In this document: positions 42,801 to 54,757 of the stretch, piece after piece
Position numbering within the stretch: the stretch's first letter is position 1
Layout: every line of letters begins with the position of its first letter
Assembly (NCBI GenBank): GCA_964247055.1
Contig: OZ176052.1
Span: forward strand, 6,014,001-6,078,000
Direction of reading: 5' to 3'
Length of the DNA stretch: 64,000 nt
Source: Paragordius varius
Lineage: Eukaryota > Animalia > Nematomorpha
Notes under the pieces: generated by a model
Seen by the model: the letters and a program-made list of their open reading frames with translations, nothing else
The model's database searches: none
Told to the model about the DNA's origin: nothing
Position numbers and translations under genes: made by a program

Positions 42801-45019
42801 CTTTCGGATTTAGTTTCGGAGACAAAAGAACGCATAGATGCCTGGAATAAATTGGAACCATTGTATGTTGAAGAAATGAAACCACTTAAACTTGAACGTT
42901 CCCGCACGCTTAAACGTTATTATAGTACAAAAGTGCTTAAACCTCTTGTAGATATGTGTAAACATTTTTTTCTGCTCAAACAGTATGTATACATTACATT
43001 TATCAATTTTTGACAAATAAAATATTTAGAGAACACCCCAATAAACATAATTAAATATATGTAGTTGAAAAAGTATATAGTTATTTCTCTCATTAAGCAT
43101 CACCCTTATTTTGATATAAAGGAAAATTAAGCTTTTTTGTTTTTACAATTTGAATTTCATTTTTATAAATAACTAACATCTTATATTATTTTCTAGTTGA
43201 ATTAGAAATAATATATATTTATTTTGCGATTAAATCATTATATCTTTTAAGGGTTGTATCTTGTATAATATTGCCTGAAATCGGATAATTTCTTGATAAT
43301 ATGCATGAGTTAATTAATTAATTAATTAATGGGCGCTGTTTATTTGAAAAGTTTGTGAGATGTTACTTTAATTATAAATATGCATGCACATTATATAATA
43401 TTATTTATAATTAAATTATAGAACTCAAGATACTATTCATAAATTTATTATTGCCAATCCGGATCCCCTTATGGTTGTTCATACGGCATCAACCAATGAT
43501 ATAACTCATTCCTCTATAAACATAAACATCGTTTCTCAAAAATTTGAAGCGATTTGTAGGTATAAAAAATGTTGTATGTGATAATTTAAATATTATAATT
43601 TTTTTGCCTTAGAACATCTTTGTATATTCAAATAAATATTGAATCATTGAAAGTTGTGATGAGAGATGGACGAGTTATATGGCTAAACACTAATCCTGAT
43701 TCATTATATCAAATGTTGGCTATTCAAGTAACATTATAATAATATTAAAAAAATATTTAAGTATTAAAACTATATAAATCATTTTTAGAACAAAACAATT
43801 GGATTGACACATTTTACCATTTTAACTGTTAATTATGTAAAAAAATTAAATTATCTTTATTTTTCTGTGAAGAAACTGTTTTTGTTTGGATATATCGGTT
43901 AATATAATTCATTCATATTTTTCTTTCTAATTTCCGGTTGCCCCAAGCCTAATTGTATAAAATATTTTAATATGTAATGTATTAAAGCCTAAAAATGTGT
44001 CCTTATAATAACATTGCACTAAAAATTAAAAAATATTTTTAAGGTTTAACCTGATTATTTTTATATGCGTGCATGAGATAATCATACTTTATATAAAAAC
44101 AATACGCTATGGAAAATGATAAAACGAAATTTTGCTAAGAAACTAGAAAAGCCGTGGATATAGTTTGCCTTTTTAATAATAAATTTTACCATGTATAATA
44201 TTAAATTAAGCTAGAAACTGACAACATATAAAATTGATTTGATACGATATTTGTTTATAGTTCCCGGGGTTAATTATTTCGTATTAAAGATTTAATGAAT
44301 TTTTTCTCTATATACATATTTAGATATCACAACATCAAATAAATGGGGCACAATCGCTCGCTAAATTTATGGGCTGGCAAACTATTGCAAACGATGCCTT
44401 CTCAGGCGCCACAACGGAAGAACCATTTGGGAATAAATCTACCCTTACACTACGATCACCTAATGATGATTGGTAATATTTTATTGTGATTGCTGATTCT
44501 ATTTCTATATGTAAAAATTTGGAAGTCAAACATTTTTAAAAGACCGCAACACTTATCTATGAGTGGTGATCTTATGCTTTTATTTGTTTTTGTTAAAAAT
44601 TTGGATGATTGGGAACGTATAATATATTTTATGACGATTTTAATTATTCACGAAATTAAATATGATTCATTTTTAAAATTTATTTTAACATAGATAGACG
44701 TAAGAGATAATCTCATTTAAGCTGCTATTTACTTACTTTTTATGTTTGGAAAATTTGTAATAGAATTTCCTATTATAATGTAATATTATCCTATCTTTTT
44801 ATTTATAGCACAATGCATTTGGAGTATGGTCCTGTAAGTGGGCCGAAAATAACGATTTATATTGATGAAGCTGTGGAAAATTCTATGAAACCAGCAATTA
44901 ATGAATCGAATTATCGTTTGCAAAATAAAAAAACTACCATTCGTATCATAAACCCTGATAACATTCCGTCCAAAATATTTATTGAAAAAATTGAATATCT
45001 TATGGCATTATTTAGATAA
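36861..45019 (+). CDS. MED17: Mediator subunit 17, multi-exon
   Basis: Exons match MED17 blocks: VEPIPEYKVDEIKYDGTE, NALTEINVLVDVL, KKKNLLQASAIL, ELFALRSFWKIKKVKEKIYGDLS, GTFEVKK, RRRLAGP, SQHQINGAQSLAKFMGWQ, GPVSGPKI..KIEYLMALFR*. Confidence 0.92.
38339..39844 (+). mobile_element. RTE-type non-LTR retrotransposon, 5'-inverted and internally deleted, with open RT frame (MED17 intron)
   Basis: 12-bp TSD AAAATTTGATTC at 38327-38338 and 39845-39856; RT motifs LHQGSVLSPLLF and LFADD; open to stop at 39832; no endonuclease domain. Confidence 0.93.
38382..38451 (-). ncRNA. HDV-like (CPEB3-type) self-cleaving ribozyme
   Basis: Full nested double pseudoknot: P1 GGCCAAC/GUUGGCC, P3 ACC/GGU, L3 UCCCCGU, P1.1 CC/GG, P4 GCAU-GAAA-AUGC, J4/2 GCUAAC, P2 UUGCC/GGCAA. 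Confidence 0.88.
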
Positions 45020-46280
45020 TTTTTTTATGAAATAAATTTTTTGAAACTATCTATTTAAATATACTTTATAATCTTAAAAAATTGTATATTTTTAAGATGG
45101 TTTTTTGCGTAGGTTTCATTCTTTCCATATGATATTTTTGTGGTTTTTAACTTTCGGTTTTAATTGAAACATCATTTAACTGTTAGTAAATCGAAAAAAA
45201 CTCGGATTTTGGTTAAAAAAAAAATTTTACAGTATATTACTGTAAACATATTTGTCAAATTGAATATAATGACAAATATGCTTTCAGTTCAGCGACTATA
45301 CAAAAATGCATGGATTTTTTCAATTTATACCTCAATTTACGAAGTTATTGTAAAATTATGAATTTTAAAAGCGAAAGATTAGATTGCTGTAAAATTTAAG
45401 TTTACACCATTTTTTAAAATATTTGGCGTTTCGATTAACAATATTTTGATTCATTCAACTTCTTTACATATATATAATAAAAGAGGCATTTTATGGTTTA
45501 AACCATCGGCTTTCACTTAAGTTATATTTATTTTGTGGTTTTAGTTATTTTTTGAGTTATGAGTGTTTTTCGGTAAATTCCTGAAATAAATAAGCTAATT
45601 ATACCTAGTGGATATTCTTTATTTTCAAATTTAACTCATTGGATGCGGTAATCGATTGCGAAAATTTGTGAAAATCGAATAAATAAAATTATTTATTTTA
45701 CGAGTGAATTTCAATAGGGTTTTAAGGATAATGTTAGATTAAACTCAGACCACAAAAAGGAATATGAAGATGATTAAAATGTTGTCTCATAAAAAAAATC
45801 ATATATTTTTGTCAAATAAACATTTGAGGGTACAGTTGAATACGGAAACCGTTCGATATTTGGAGACTAAGTATTATTTATAGTAACGTGATCAGGTGAA
45901 TACACGGCAATTAACTTTTCATATACAGTGTACCCATACTATATCACAGTTAACAGAATCGCTTTTATGTGCCTAAAATCAAACTCAAACTTTGAATGCG
46001 TCTCCTCGCTCTGAAGTTTCAATTTTAAGGATGGGTTTGGAATACCTTTACTGGCAGGTTGTCGAGGTACGATTGGCGCTCACTTTCTTTAATAGATACT
46101 CTCCAACTCTTATTCTTTATGTTCTATGACTAAGAATATAAGTTATATATTGCAACATTTTTTTAAATAATTGATATAATATATTAAATAAATTGAATAT
46201 TTATTTATTTATTGTAGGCAATTAAGATAATTTATATAACATTAAAATTCGATATAAAATCCGAAATCATGTATTTATAA

Positions 46281-48127
46281 CAGTGTTCCTCACCAAAAAA
46301 AATTGACGGGCCAAATAAAATATATTATTTTTTCGAGGGCCATGAACCTTATAATGGCAAATATTCCATCGCTATTTGACACATATGCACATATTTATAC
46401 TCTAAATCAGCACAATGAATTTTTTGCGGATCGCATGTAAATCCAGCTAGAAACTCGTTTTGCACCATTTAGTTAAAAAAAAATGTTTTGATAACAACAT
46501 TTATTTTGATATTAACCAATAATTTTTGACAAGTCTCGCCTCATGACAGGCCAATCTAAATACGTCGTTCATATGATCATCGGTTAAGCGATTTCTGTAT
46601 GTATTCTTGGCATACTTCATTTTCGAATATGCCGCCTCACACGTGTAAGTTGAAGGAAAAGTATTTGGCACATCTTGCCAAAACTGTACATATCTTTCTT
46701 CCCCACGATTCTCCTAATATAGCCTCCTGAAATCATTTTTACAAATTCTTCAATGATATGCGCGTGTCAAAACCGAGCTCGAGTGGCTTAATATTGGATA
46801 TATCCATATGCCATGGATTTTCAACGAGATTTAAGAAATTAAATATTTCTTAATTCTGAATTTCATCTAATTAGATAAAAATGTTAAATGATAACCTCCG
46901 CGGTAATGTCGCAAAGGTAGGCTAATAAAACCCACTGTTTGTCACTATTATTTTCCTCGTCAAACCTTCTGTTATTATTTATAAATAATAGAATTTTATG
47001 CATTAAAACAAAAAATCTATTTAATACTTTGGTAAGGCTAAGTCATCGCACAGCGGTGGACAAATATGGTCAAATTCACTGTGGATATCTTTCAGAAGGT
47101 TTTTGAATTTACGGCCGTTGAATTCTTTGCCATGGATGTGGTTAACTATATCCACAAACGTTTTTATTACTGAATTGAGTGATTCATCTTTTATACGCGA
47201 AACCAAGTTGCTGATGAATAAAGCAGTAAAAGGATAAAATATTTTGCAAATTATATTTGTTATTCAAAAGGGAAATAAATCCTTTGTTTATTCCAATGAT
47301 AGAGGGAGAGCCATCTGTGCACAAAACCAATTTTTTCATAGATATGCCATTATTTTCGAAAAAATGCTAATTATTTCTAGTATATTACTTCTTTTCGTGG
47401 TATTATTCATTGGTAAAAATAAATGCTCGTTGATTATGTTGTCGTTGCAAAATCTCATGAAGAGCACACATTAAGATGTCTTTTCATATTGTATTTTTTA
47501 TAATTATGTGGTCCATACATATAAGGCAGGTAACAACATTTTTTAAAAAACGACAAAAAATTTTTCTTCCTATTCTTTTTTAAAGGAGCGATTTTCATCG
47601 GATAATTTACGTTTTTTAGCATTAGATGTCATCCTTTTAATTTATGTTTAAATATTATGTAAATTTTTTCAAAAAATAGGAATATAATTTGAATATGCTA
47701 TAAAAAAACAGGACGAAATTTAATGATGTTGATTTGATAAATATTTTATGGAAATGAGTATCAGAAAATGCTGTAAAATAGCAATGAAAAGAATATGCAA
47801 GTTTGGGTGAAAGGCTTGCTTTACAAAAAAGGATTGCAATAAAAATTTTAAAATAGAAAAGAAAATAAAATAAAATACACTAACAGAAACAACGTGCCAA
47901 ATAATCATTTTAATGTGGAAAATTTTCTATATTTCAAATTGTGTAAAAAATAAAAACTACCAAAATTAACTTTAAAGAAAATAAATTAATATTAAAATAC
48001 GCGAAAATTCGCTTATGTGTATTTTAAAAATTCAAAAAAATAATTTATGTATCAATTTGGTCATAGGGCAATTTTAAAGCACTCTTAGGGCCGCATGCGG
48101 CACGCGGGCCGCGGTTTGAGTATCACT
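46281..48127 (-). mobile_element. Decayed hAT (Charlie/GTF2IRD2-like) transposon
   Basis: Minus strand gives VDIVNHIHGKEFNGRKFKNLL and the dimerisation-domain motif FPSTYTCEAAYSKMKYAKNTYRNRLTDDHM; ends CAGTGTTCCTCA and GGGCCGCGGTTTGAGTATCACT. Confidence 0.85.
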
Positions 48128-50010
48128 TATAATGTTCCGGAAGTTATATTTTGTTATAAATTTTTTATGTCCTGGTGCATTCTCTTACCGATTTGATCGG
48201 TGATGGACTTAAGCGGAAATTATATATTTTCCACAACACGTGAAAAATTTATTTGGATCGTTTATGGATTTTTGTTCTAAAATTATAAAGAATATACTGG
48301 AATCTGACTTGTTTTATCGACTTTATCGTTTGAATATTTGAACATATGTAACTAGGAATAATTGTTTTTTTAAATAAATAAACAATCAAATTATTAAAAA
48401 ATCCTATTAAAGCCTTCATTTTTTTGACTTTCCATAGCATTAGTTAACTAAATTGTCAAAAATGGGGTGGTACCTTGTTGTCTAGTTTTATAAACATTGT
48501 TCTCATGTACACTCCCAAATTAGGAGGTATAACAAATAACTTGATAAAATATAATATATATATATTATATATATATTCTGATAGGAAAATGTATCAGGAT
48601 TATCATCGGCTTTTGGTTTTGAGCGAGTGATATAGGAAAGTTATTTACACTTTTGTGGTAAGTGCTCCATATCAATTGGTAATATTTGCGCACATTTTAT
48701 TATTTATTTTTTGGGTGGAAGCCTAATACTTTATACCAAAAAATATTACTAAAATAAATCATTTTAAATTTTAATTTTTAGATAAGGGCTGCGAAAGTCC
48801 TAAATTTTTTGCGCTTAATGGGCTAGTTTTATTTTTAAACGCAAAATGACGGGCTTGCACGATTTTACATATATGCTTACATTCTTTTTACAAAAATTTA
48901 ATTTTTAACAAAATTTTTACGTTCTTCATCTTATTTTTGGGCATGTTATAAACGATATATGAAGGCTTTTAGATTATATAAAAACAATTTATTTCAAAAT
49001 TGTGTTTTATATAAAAAATTCACCTAATTTGAAGGTAAGCGAAGTTTAAATTAAAATTTTGAAGCGATAGAAATGTTCAACATCATCAGATTATATAAAT
49101 AAAATGTTTTTATGTCTAAGAGCGCTTTTATACCGTTTCCATCATGCCTATATATAAAAGGAAATGCACCTCAACAAAATTTTGCTAAGAATTGAATTAT
49201 TCTGAAAGTATGCATTTTGAATAAATAATCTAAATATAATATACTACTTGCAAAATTTCGGCATTGCGTTTATTTTACAAGAACTATCCCGTTTTAGAAG
49301 AGTAGAAAAATTTGGAACTTTCAGAGCCCACATTTAAAAATTAAAATATCATAAAAATATTGTTGCTTTTATAAGTAGTTTATCATATATTTTGATATTT
49401 TTTGGAATGAAGCATTTAACTAAAAATAATATTATAAAAAATACGGTTAAATTTTGTCGCACAAAAGTGTAAATAACTTTCTTATATTAATCATAAGGGC
49501 CAAAACCAAAAGCACCATTACATTTTTCTATCAGAATGTGTTGATTTCATCAAGATTTTTCACGAGTGCCTATTTTGTACACCGTATTTTATTACAGTTC
49601 TGTGAATTCTAGAATCTATAATTTGGACAGCTCCAAAACACCAATGAAACGAACAGCTGATATTATATCAAAATATATAACGTTTTTGATGTTAAGTAGC
49701 CGGAAAGCTTTTTAAAGTTACCATTTACATTTTATAACTATAATATACACTTAATTGCCTGTTGCATTAGCGATTTTAAAAAATTTATAAAAAAATGCAA
49801 AATTTGAGATAAGGTTTTTTTTAAATATTTTTTGTATTGCGATCGGGGAGTATGAAAAAATAACCTGAAAAATTGTATACATTTGGGTAGGAAAATTTAT
49901 CAGGATTATCATGGTGCTTTTAAGTTACGAGTGATAAAAAGGTTATTTTTTGTGGTAGGTGCTCCATAATTAGGATATGGCGAAATTTGCGCCCATTTTT
50001 TTGAAACTTC

Positions 50011-51035
50011 GGGTCGGGTGATAAAAAATTTTTTTTGACTTGACTTGCAAGTTTTTCAAGTCATCGCTTGCTTTCATGTGATAAAAAAATTTAACATTAC
50101 ACGACTTAAGTCAAGCAAGAAAACTTGATAAGGAGGTGATAAAAAATCATATGATCAAGTAAAACTTAAAGATTTTGCAAGTTTGGTGTAGGGCACACTT
50201 GACAGATTTAAAAATATGGATAAAATTATTTTGGAAACTATTTATGTATAAAATTTAGGTTTTATATGTAATTCAAACCTTTGTTAATGCTATAAGTTGT
50301 TACTTTTATAAACTTTGGCTAATTAATTTATTCATTGGGTGGATATAAATGAGGATAAATTTATAGAAAAACTCTGCTAATATTTAATAACATGGCATAT
50401 AAAAATATGCTAAATATATCAATTCCGTGACCGCAAAAAAAATTGGATTCTCGAAAATTTCTTAAAATTAATAATTAAATATTAATCTTGTAAAATTTCA
50501 AATCTTCGTTTATAAGCAAAACTTCACTATTAACCAATGTATAGAATTTATTTCATCATAAATTTATTTGGAATGTAATGTTTATAATCAATTAAAAATA
50601 ATTATGTATTGTATCAACATCTTCCCATTATATTTGCAACTGGAATCCAAACAAAAATATGGTAAAATAGAAAGTGTTTTAAGGGCGAATGGTTTCATCA
50701 ATCTAAAAATTATTACCAAACACACAAATTAGAAAACTCTATATATTAAATAAGATACGTGCCAGTGAGTTTGAAAAACTTCAATAAATGCATATTGTTT
50801 TTATTGTTTATCTTTTTGTGCCTTATTTCATAAATTTTAGCTGAAAATGATCAAAAAAGTTTCCATAAAATTCGAATTGGGTGGCAAAAAACTGTTACAT
50901 TCATAAGCAAAAGACTTGACTTAAGTGTTTTTTTTATCACCGATCTTCAAGTGTACACTTGCTGGCTTAAGTAATCTTGCTCAACTTGCCACACTTGGCT
51001 TACAAGTCAAGTGCGACTTTTTTATCACCCGACCC
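50011..51035. mobile_element. Non-autonomous DNA transposon with GGGTCGGGTGATAAAAA TIRs and 3-bp TSD (PIF/Harbinger-like, tentative)
   Basis: Perfect 17-bp TIR; TTC on both flanks; second copy at 51694-53154. Confidence 0.75.
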
Positions 51036-51038
51036 TTC

Positions 51039-51610
51039 GATTCAAATTGGGGTATCTAAATATCCCAGACTAAATTTAAGTTAGGATTTTTAAAAAACTA
51101 CTGAAGGAAACGGTCCCAATTTGAATTTATGCTCCTATTATAATTAAAATTATATAAATATGCCAAAATATCTTAATAAAATTTTGTTTTGAAAAAAAAG
51201 TTTCATGTCAAACTACTTCGACGCCATTTTTATTTTGTAAAATTTTTGCAAAATATTGTCTACATTTAATTTTAAGGGTAAAATTAAAGCTAATTTTTTG
51301 TTTAAATTACATCTTACATTGATAGAAAAAAAAAGCTGTTTATTTTGTATTATTTTTCAATTTTAACATTGCACGCATGTCACGTTGACTAAATTTTTAC
51401 CTTTCGGTTTTAGCTTAAAATAAGTAATATAAAGTATTTTTGAATTAAATTTTTTATATATTTCGGTTTATTAATGTTATATAAGTGCAACATTTTGCCA
51501 TGGTATCAATTCCTTCCATATTTTAAAGAATTTAATTTTAAACAGGTCTGGGGTATTTAACTACCCCAATTTGAATCGAAGGACTAAAATGAATGTGTTG
51601 TATCCAAGTG
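51039..51610. mobile_element. piggyBac-like MITE; left tip split by the 50011-51035 insertion
   Basis: Similar to 51785-52338 and 18164-18716; right end ...GTATCCAAGTG. Confidence 0.7.
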
Positions 51611-51693
51611 TTTATCAAAATTTTTTTGGTTTTAGCTAAATGCTCCATTAATATCACTAAAATATTTTATGAACTATTAATAAAAATTAAAAC

Positions 51694-53154
51694 AGGTTAA
51701 GTGATAAAAAATTTTTTGACTTTGCTTGCAAGTTTTAATCATGGCTTTATTTCATGTGATAAAAAAATTTATTATAGGACTTAACACTTCGATTCAAATT
51801 GTGGTATCCAAATACCGCAAGCTAAATATAAATCAATATTTTAAAAAAACTACTGAATTAAACGGTCCTATTTATGCTTTCATCCTGATAAAAATTATAT
51901 AAATAAGCCAAAATATCTAAATAAAATTTAATTTTGAAAAAAAGTTTCATGTCAAACTACTTCGACGCCATTTTTATTTTACAAAATTTTTGCAAATATC
52001 GTCTTCATTCAATTTTTAAGGTAAATTAAAGCTATTTTAAATTACAGCTAACATTGACAGAAATAGAAGAAGTGGTTTATTTTGTATTTAGCCAATCCAC
52101 ATATGTTACGTTGACTAAAATTTTTCCTTTGAGTTTCACATCAAAATAAGTAATATCAAGTATGTTTGAACAAATTTTTTTATATATTTCGGTTTATTAG
52201 TGTTATATAAGTGCAAAATTTTGCCATGGTTCTGATTCCTTCCATATTATTTAAATTATTTTATTTTAAACAGGCCTGGGGTATCCAACTACCCCAATTT
52301 AAATCGAAGGACTGAAATAAATGTGGTGTATCCAGGTGTTAAGTCAAGCAAGAAAACTTGATTCGGAGGTGATAAAATTATATGATCAACTAAAACTTAA
52401 AGATTTTCAAGAGTGGTGTAGGGCACACTTGACAGATTTATAATGGATAATATTGTTTTGCTAAGCATTTATATATATAATTTATATTTTATCTAATTGA
52501 AACCTTTGATAATGTAATAAACTTTTTATTTGAAAATTTTTGACTAATTATTTTTTTATTGGGTAGATACAAAGGAGGATAAATTTTTAGAACATATTTG
52601 CTAATATTTAAGAGAAATGCATATAAAAATATGCTAATTATTATCGATTCCGTGAACCCGAAAAAATTGGATTCTCGAAAATATTTTAAATTAATAATTA
52701 AATGTTTAAATTTTAAAATCTTCGCTTTACATTAAATAATAAACAAAACAGGATACTTTATCATTAAAACATGTAAAGAGTCTATTACATCATAATTATT
52801 TAAAATGATGTGGATAATCAATTAAAAATAATATGTTATATTGTGTAAATATCTTCTATATTTGCAAATGGCTAATAAAATGAGTAGTGTGGTAAAATAA
52901 TAGAGAGTGTTTTAAGAGAGAGTGGTTTCATCAATTTAAAAATTTTAGTTACCGGGGTCAATATTTAGAAAAATCTATATTATATAAGCGTGACATCGAG
53001 TTTGAAAAACTCAAAACAATGTTAGATTCATAAACAAAAGACTGAAATTAAGTTTTTTTTATATTACCGATCTTCAAGTGTACAGCCTTAAAAACTTGAA
53101 AAACTTGCCACGTTTGTCTCACTAGGCAAGTGCAACTTTTTTATCACCCCACCC
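51694..53154. mobile_element. Second copy of the GGG-TIR element, interrupted by a piggyBac-like MITE
   Basis: Collinear with 50011-51035 once 51785-52342 is removed; right TIR TTTTTATCACCCCACCC. Confidence 0.75.
51785..52338. mobile_element. piggyBac-like MITE
   Basis: TTAA|CAC...GTG|TTAA; the empty site has a single TTAA in the sister copy (GACTTAAGTC near 50105); asymmetric subterminal inverted repeats. Confidence 0.8.
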
Positions 53155-54027
53155 AGTATGAAGTACGTTTGCTAAAAAACAAATTTTTTATAAAAGTTTG
53201 CATTTTTTTAAAAATAAGGTAATGTCATAATTTAGGATATACAATTTTTATAGTCCAACGGGATTTTTGCGTTTATTTTAAGAGAACTAGCCCATTTTAG
53301 AAGAACAAAAAGATTTGTGACTTTCGGAGCCCGCATCTAAGAATATTGTAGAAACAATTTTTAGAATGAAGTAAGCTTTCATATGGAGCACTTACCACAA
53401 AATATAAATAACTTTCTTAAAACACTGATAAAAGCCAAACCAAAAGTACCATGAAAATCCTGTTACATTTTCCTTATATATTTCCTCAGGTTTTTTTAAG
53501 GACGCTATGGAATGCACCTAAAAGGCTAAAGAAAGCATATTTTTATTTTCGGCTTAAATACCTTAAATACTAATTTTTCAGATATTCTAATTTCAAACTC
53601 TGCGATATGAAACTACCCCAAAAGGTAATGGAGTATTAAATTTGGTACATCATGGCTTTAAGATATTTACAGTGGTAAAACCAAAAAATGAAGTCACATT
53701 AAGTGCCAAAAGTTAATAATTTTTAAATTATGAATCGCTCCGGGGATAAATACCACTTAAAATTTGATAACAAATTTTTCCTATGATTTCGCCAATACCA
53801 CTATGCGTAGCCTTATTATTATTAAGACACCATTTCATTGTAATTTACAAATTTAAGATTTTTAGATAGACTCATTATATATAATAAAAGGCTATTTCTA
53901 CCTATTGTAAATTTGTTTGGTAACATACCATAAAAAAGCCAACTAATGTGCTAATATCATCTATCATGTAAAATCGATGATAATAAATCATGTGAGAACA
54001 TTTTTGTGTTATATAAAATAATCAATA

Positions 54028-54252
54028 ATGTCTAACGCGAATACGCAAAGAAAAGTTGTGGAGCAATTAAGAAGAGAAGCAAATATAAAACGGAGTCCTG
54101 TATCTTCCACACTACAAGATTTAATCAGATATTGCGAGGTAACTTTTTTTTATTAAATTTAGGACAACCGAGCCATTGATTACCTTTTGATTGGATTTGC
54201 AAATGAAAAATCTAATCCATTTAAAGACAAGAGCAGTTGCCAAATTATTTAA
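54028..54252 (+). CDS. GNG: Heterotrimeric G-protein gamma subunit, 2 exons
   Basis: MSNANTQRKVVEQLRREANIKRSPVSSTLQDLIRYCE-DNRAIDYLLIGFANEKSNPFKDKSSCQII*; NPF motif and CAAX box; 24-nt intron 54139-54162. Confidence 0.93.
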
Positions 54253-54757
54253 CATCCAACTTTATATCGCACATTATTTATTATATTTCTTTTTCTACCC
54301 ATAAATATATGAAATTTGCCGATGTTGAAAGTATATGATTTTGCTTTGGATGACATGATAGAGACGATACTACACTTTTTGATGCATTATTTATACCATC
54401 ACCATTTAGATTTTTAGTTTCATGTGGCAATTTTGCTTTCAGTGTCGTCTATAATATATGTTAAAATTTATATACATTAGATTATAGAAATAAATGTTAG
54501 TTTTTATTAAACTTTACACTTTTTTAATTTTAACAATTCAATTGTATATGGTCGATTTAGTTTATATATCAATTATAAAAAGAATGATATAGTAAAAGTT
54601 GTATATAAAGGATTGTTTTACACAATTATAAGCGATTCAAATATATAATTCTAAAACAAACTGTTTTGCATATATTTTTGTAGAATTATAAAGGGTGACA
54701 ATTTTTTTGGGTGAATTGAAGTGGAAAATAAAATAATATTTTTAATACCAGCCACAC

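Noticed and set aside
45827-45932. Short GGGTACAGT...CAGTGTACCC inverted repeat
   Set aside because: Single imperfect copy with no clear TSD
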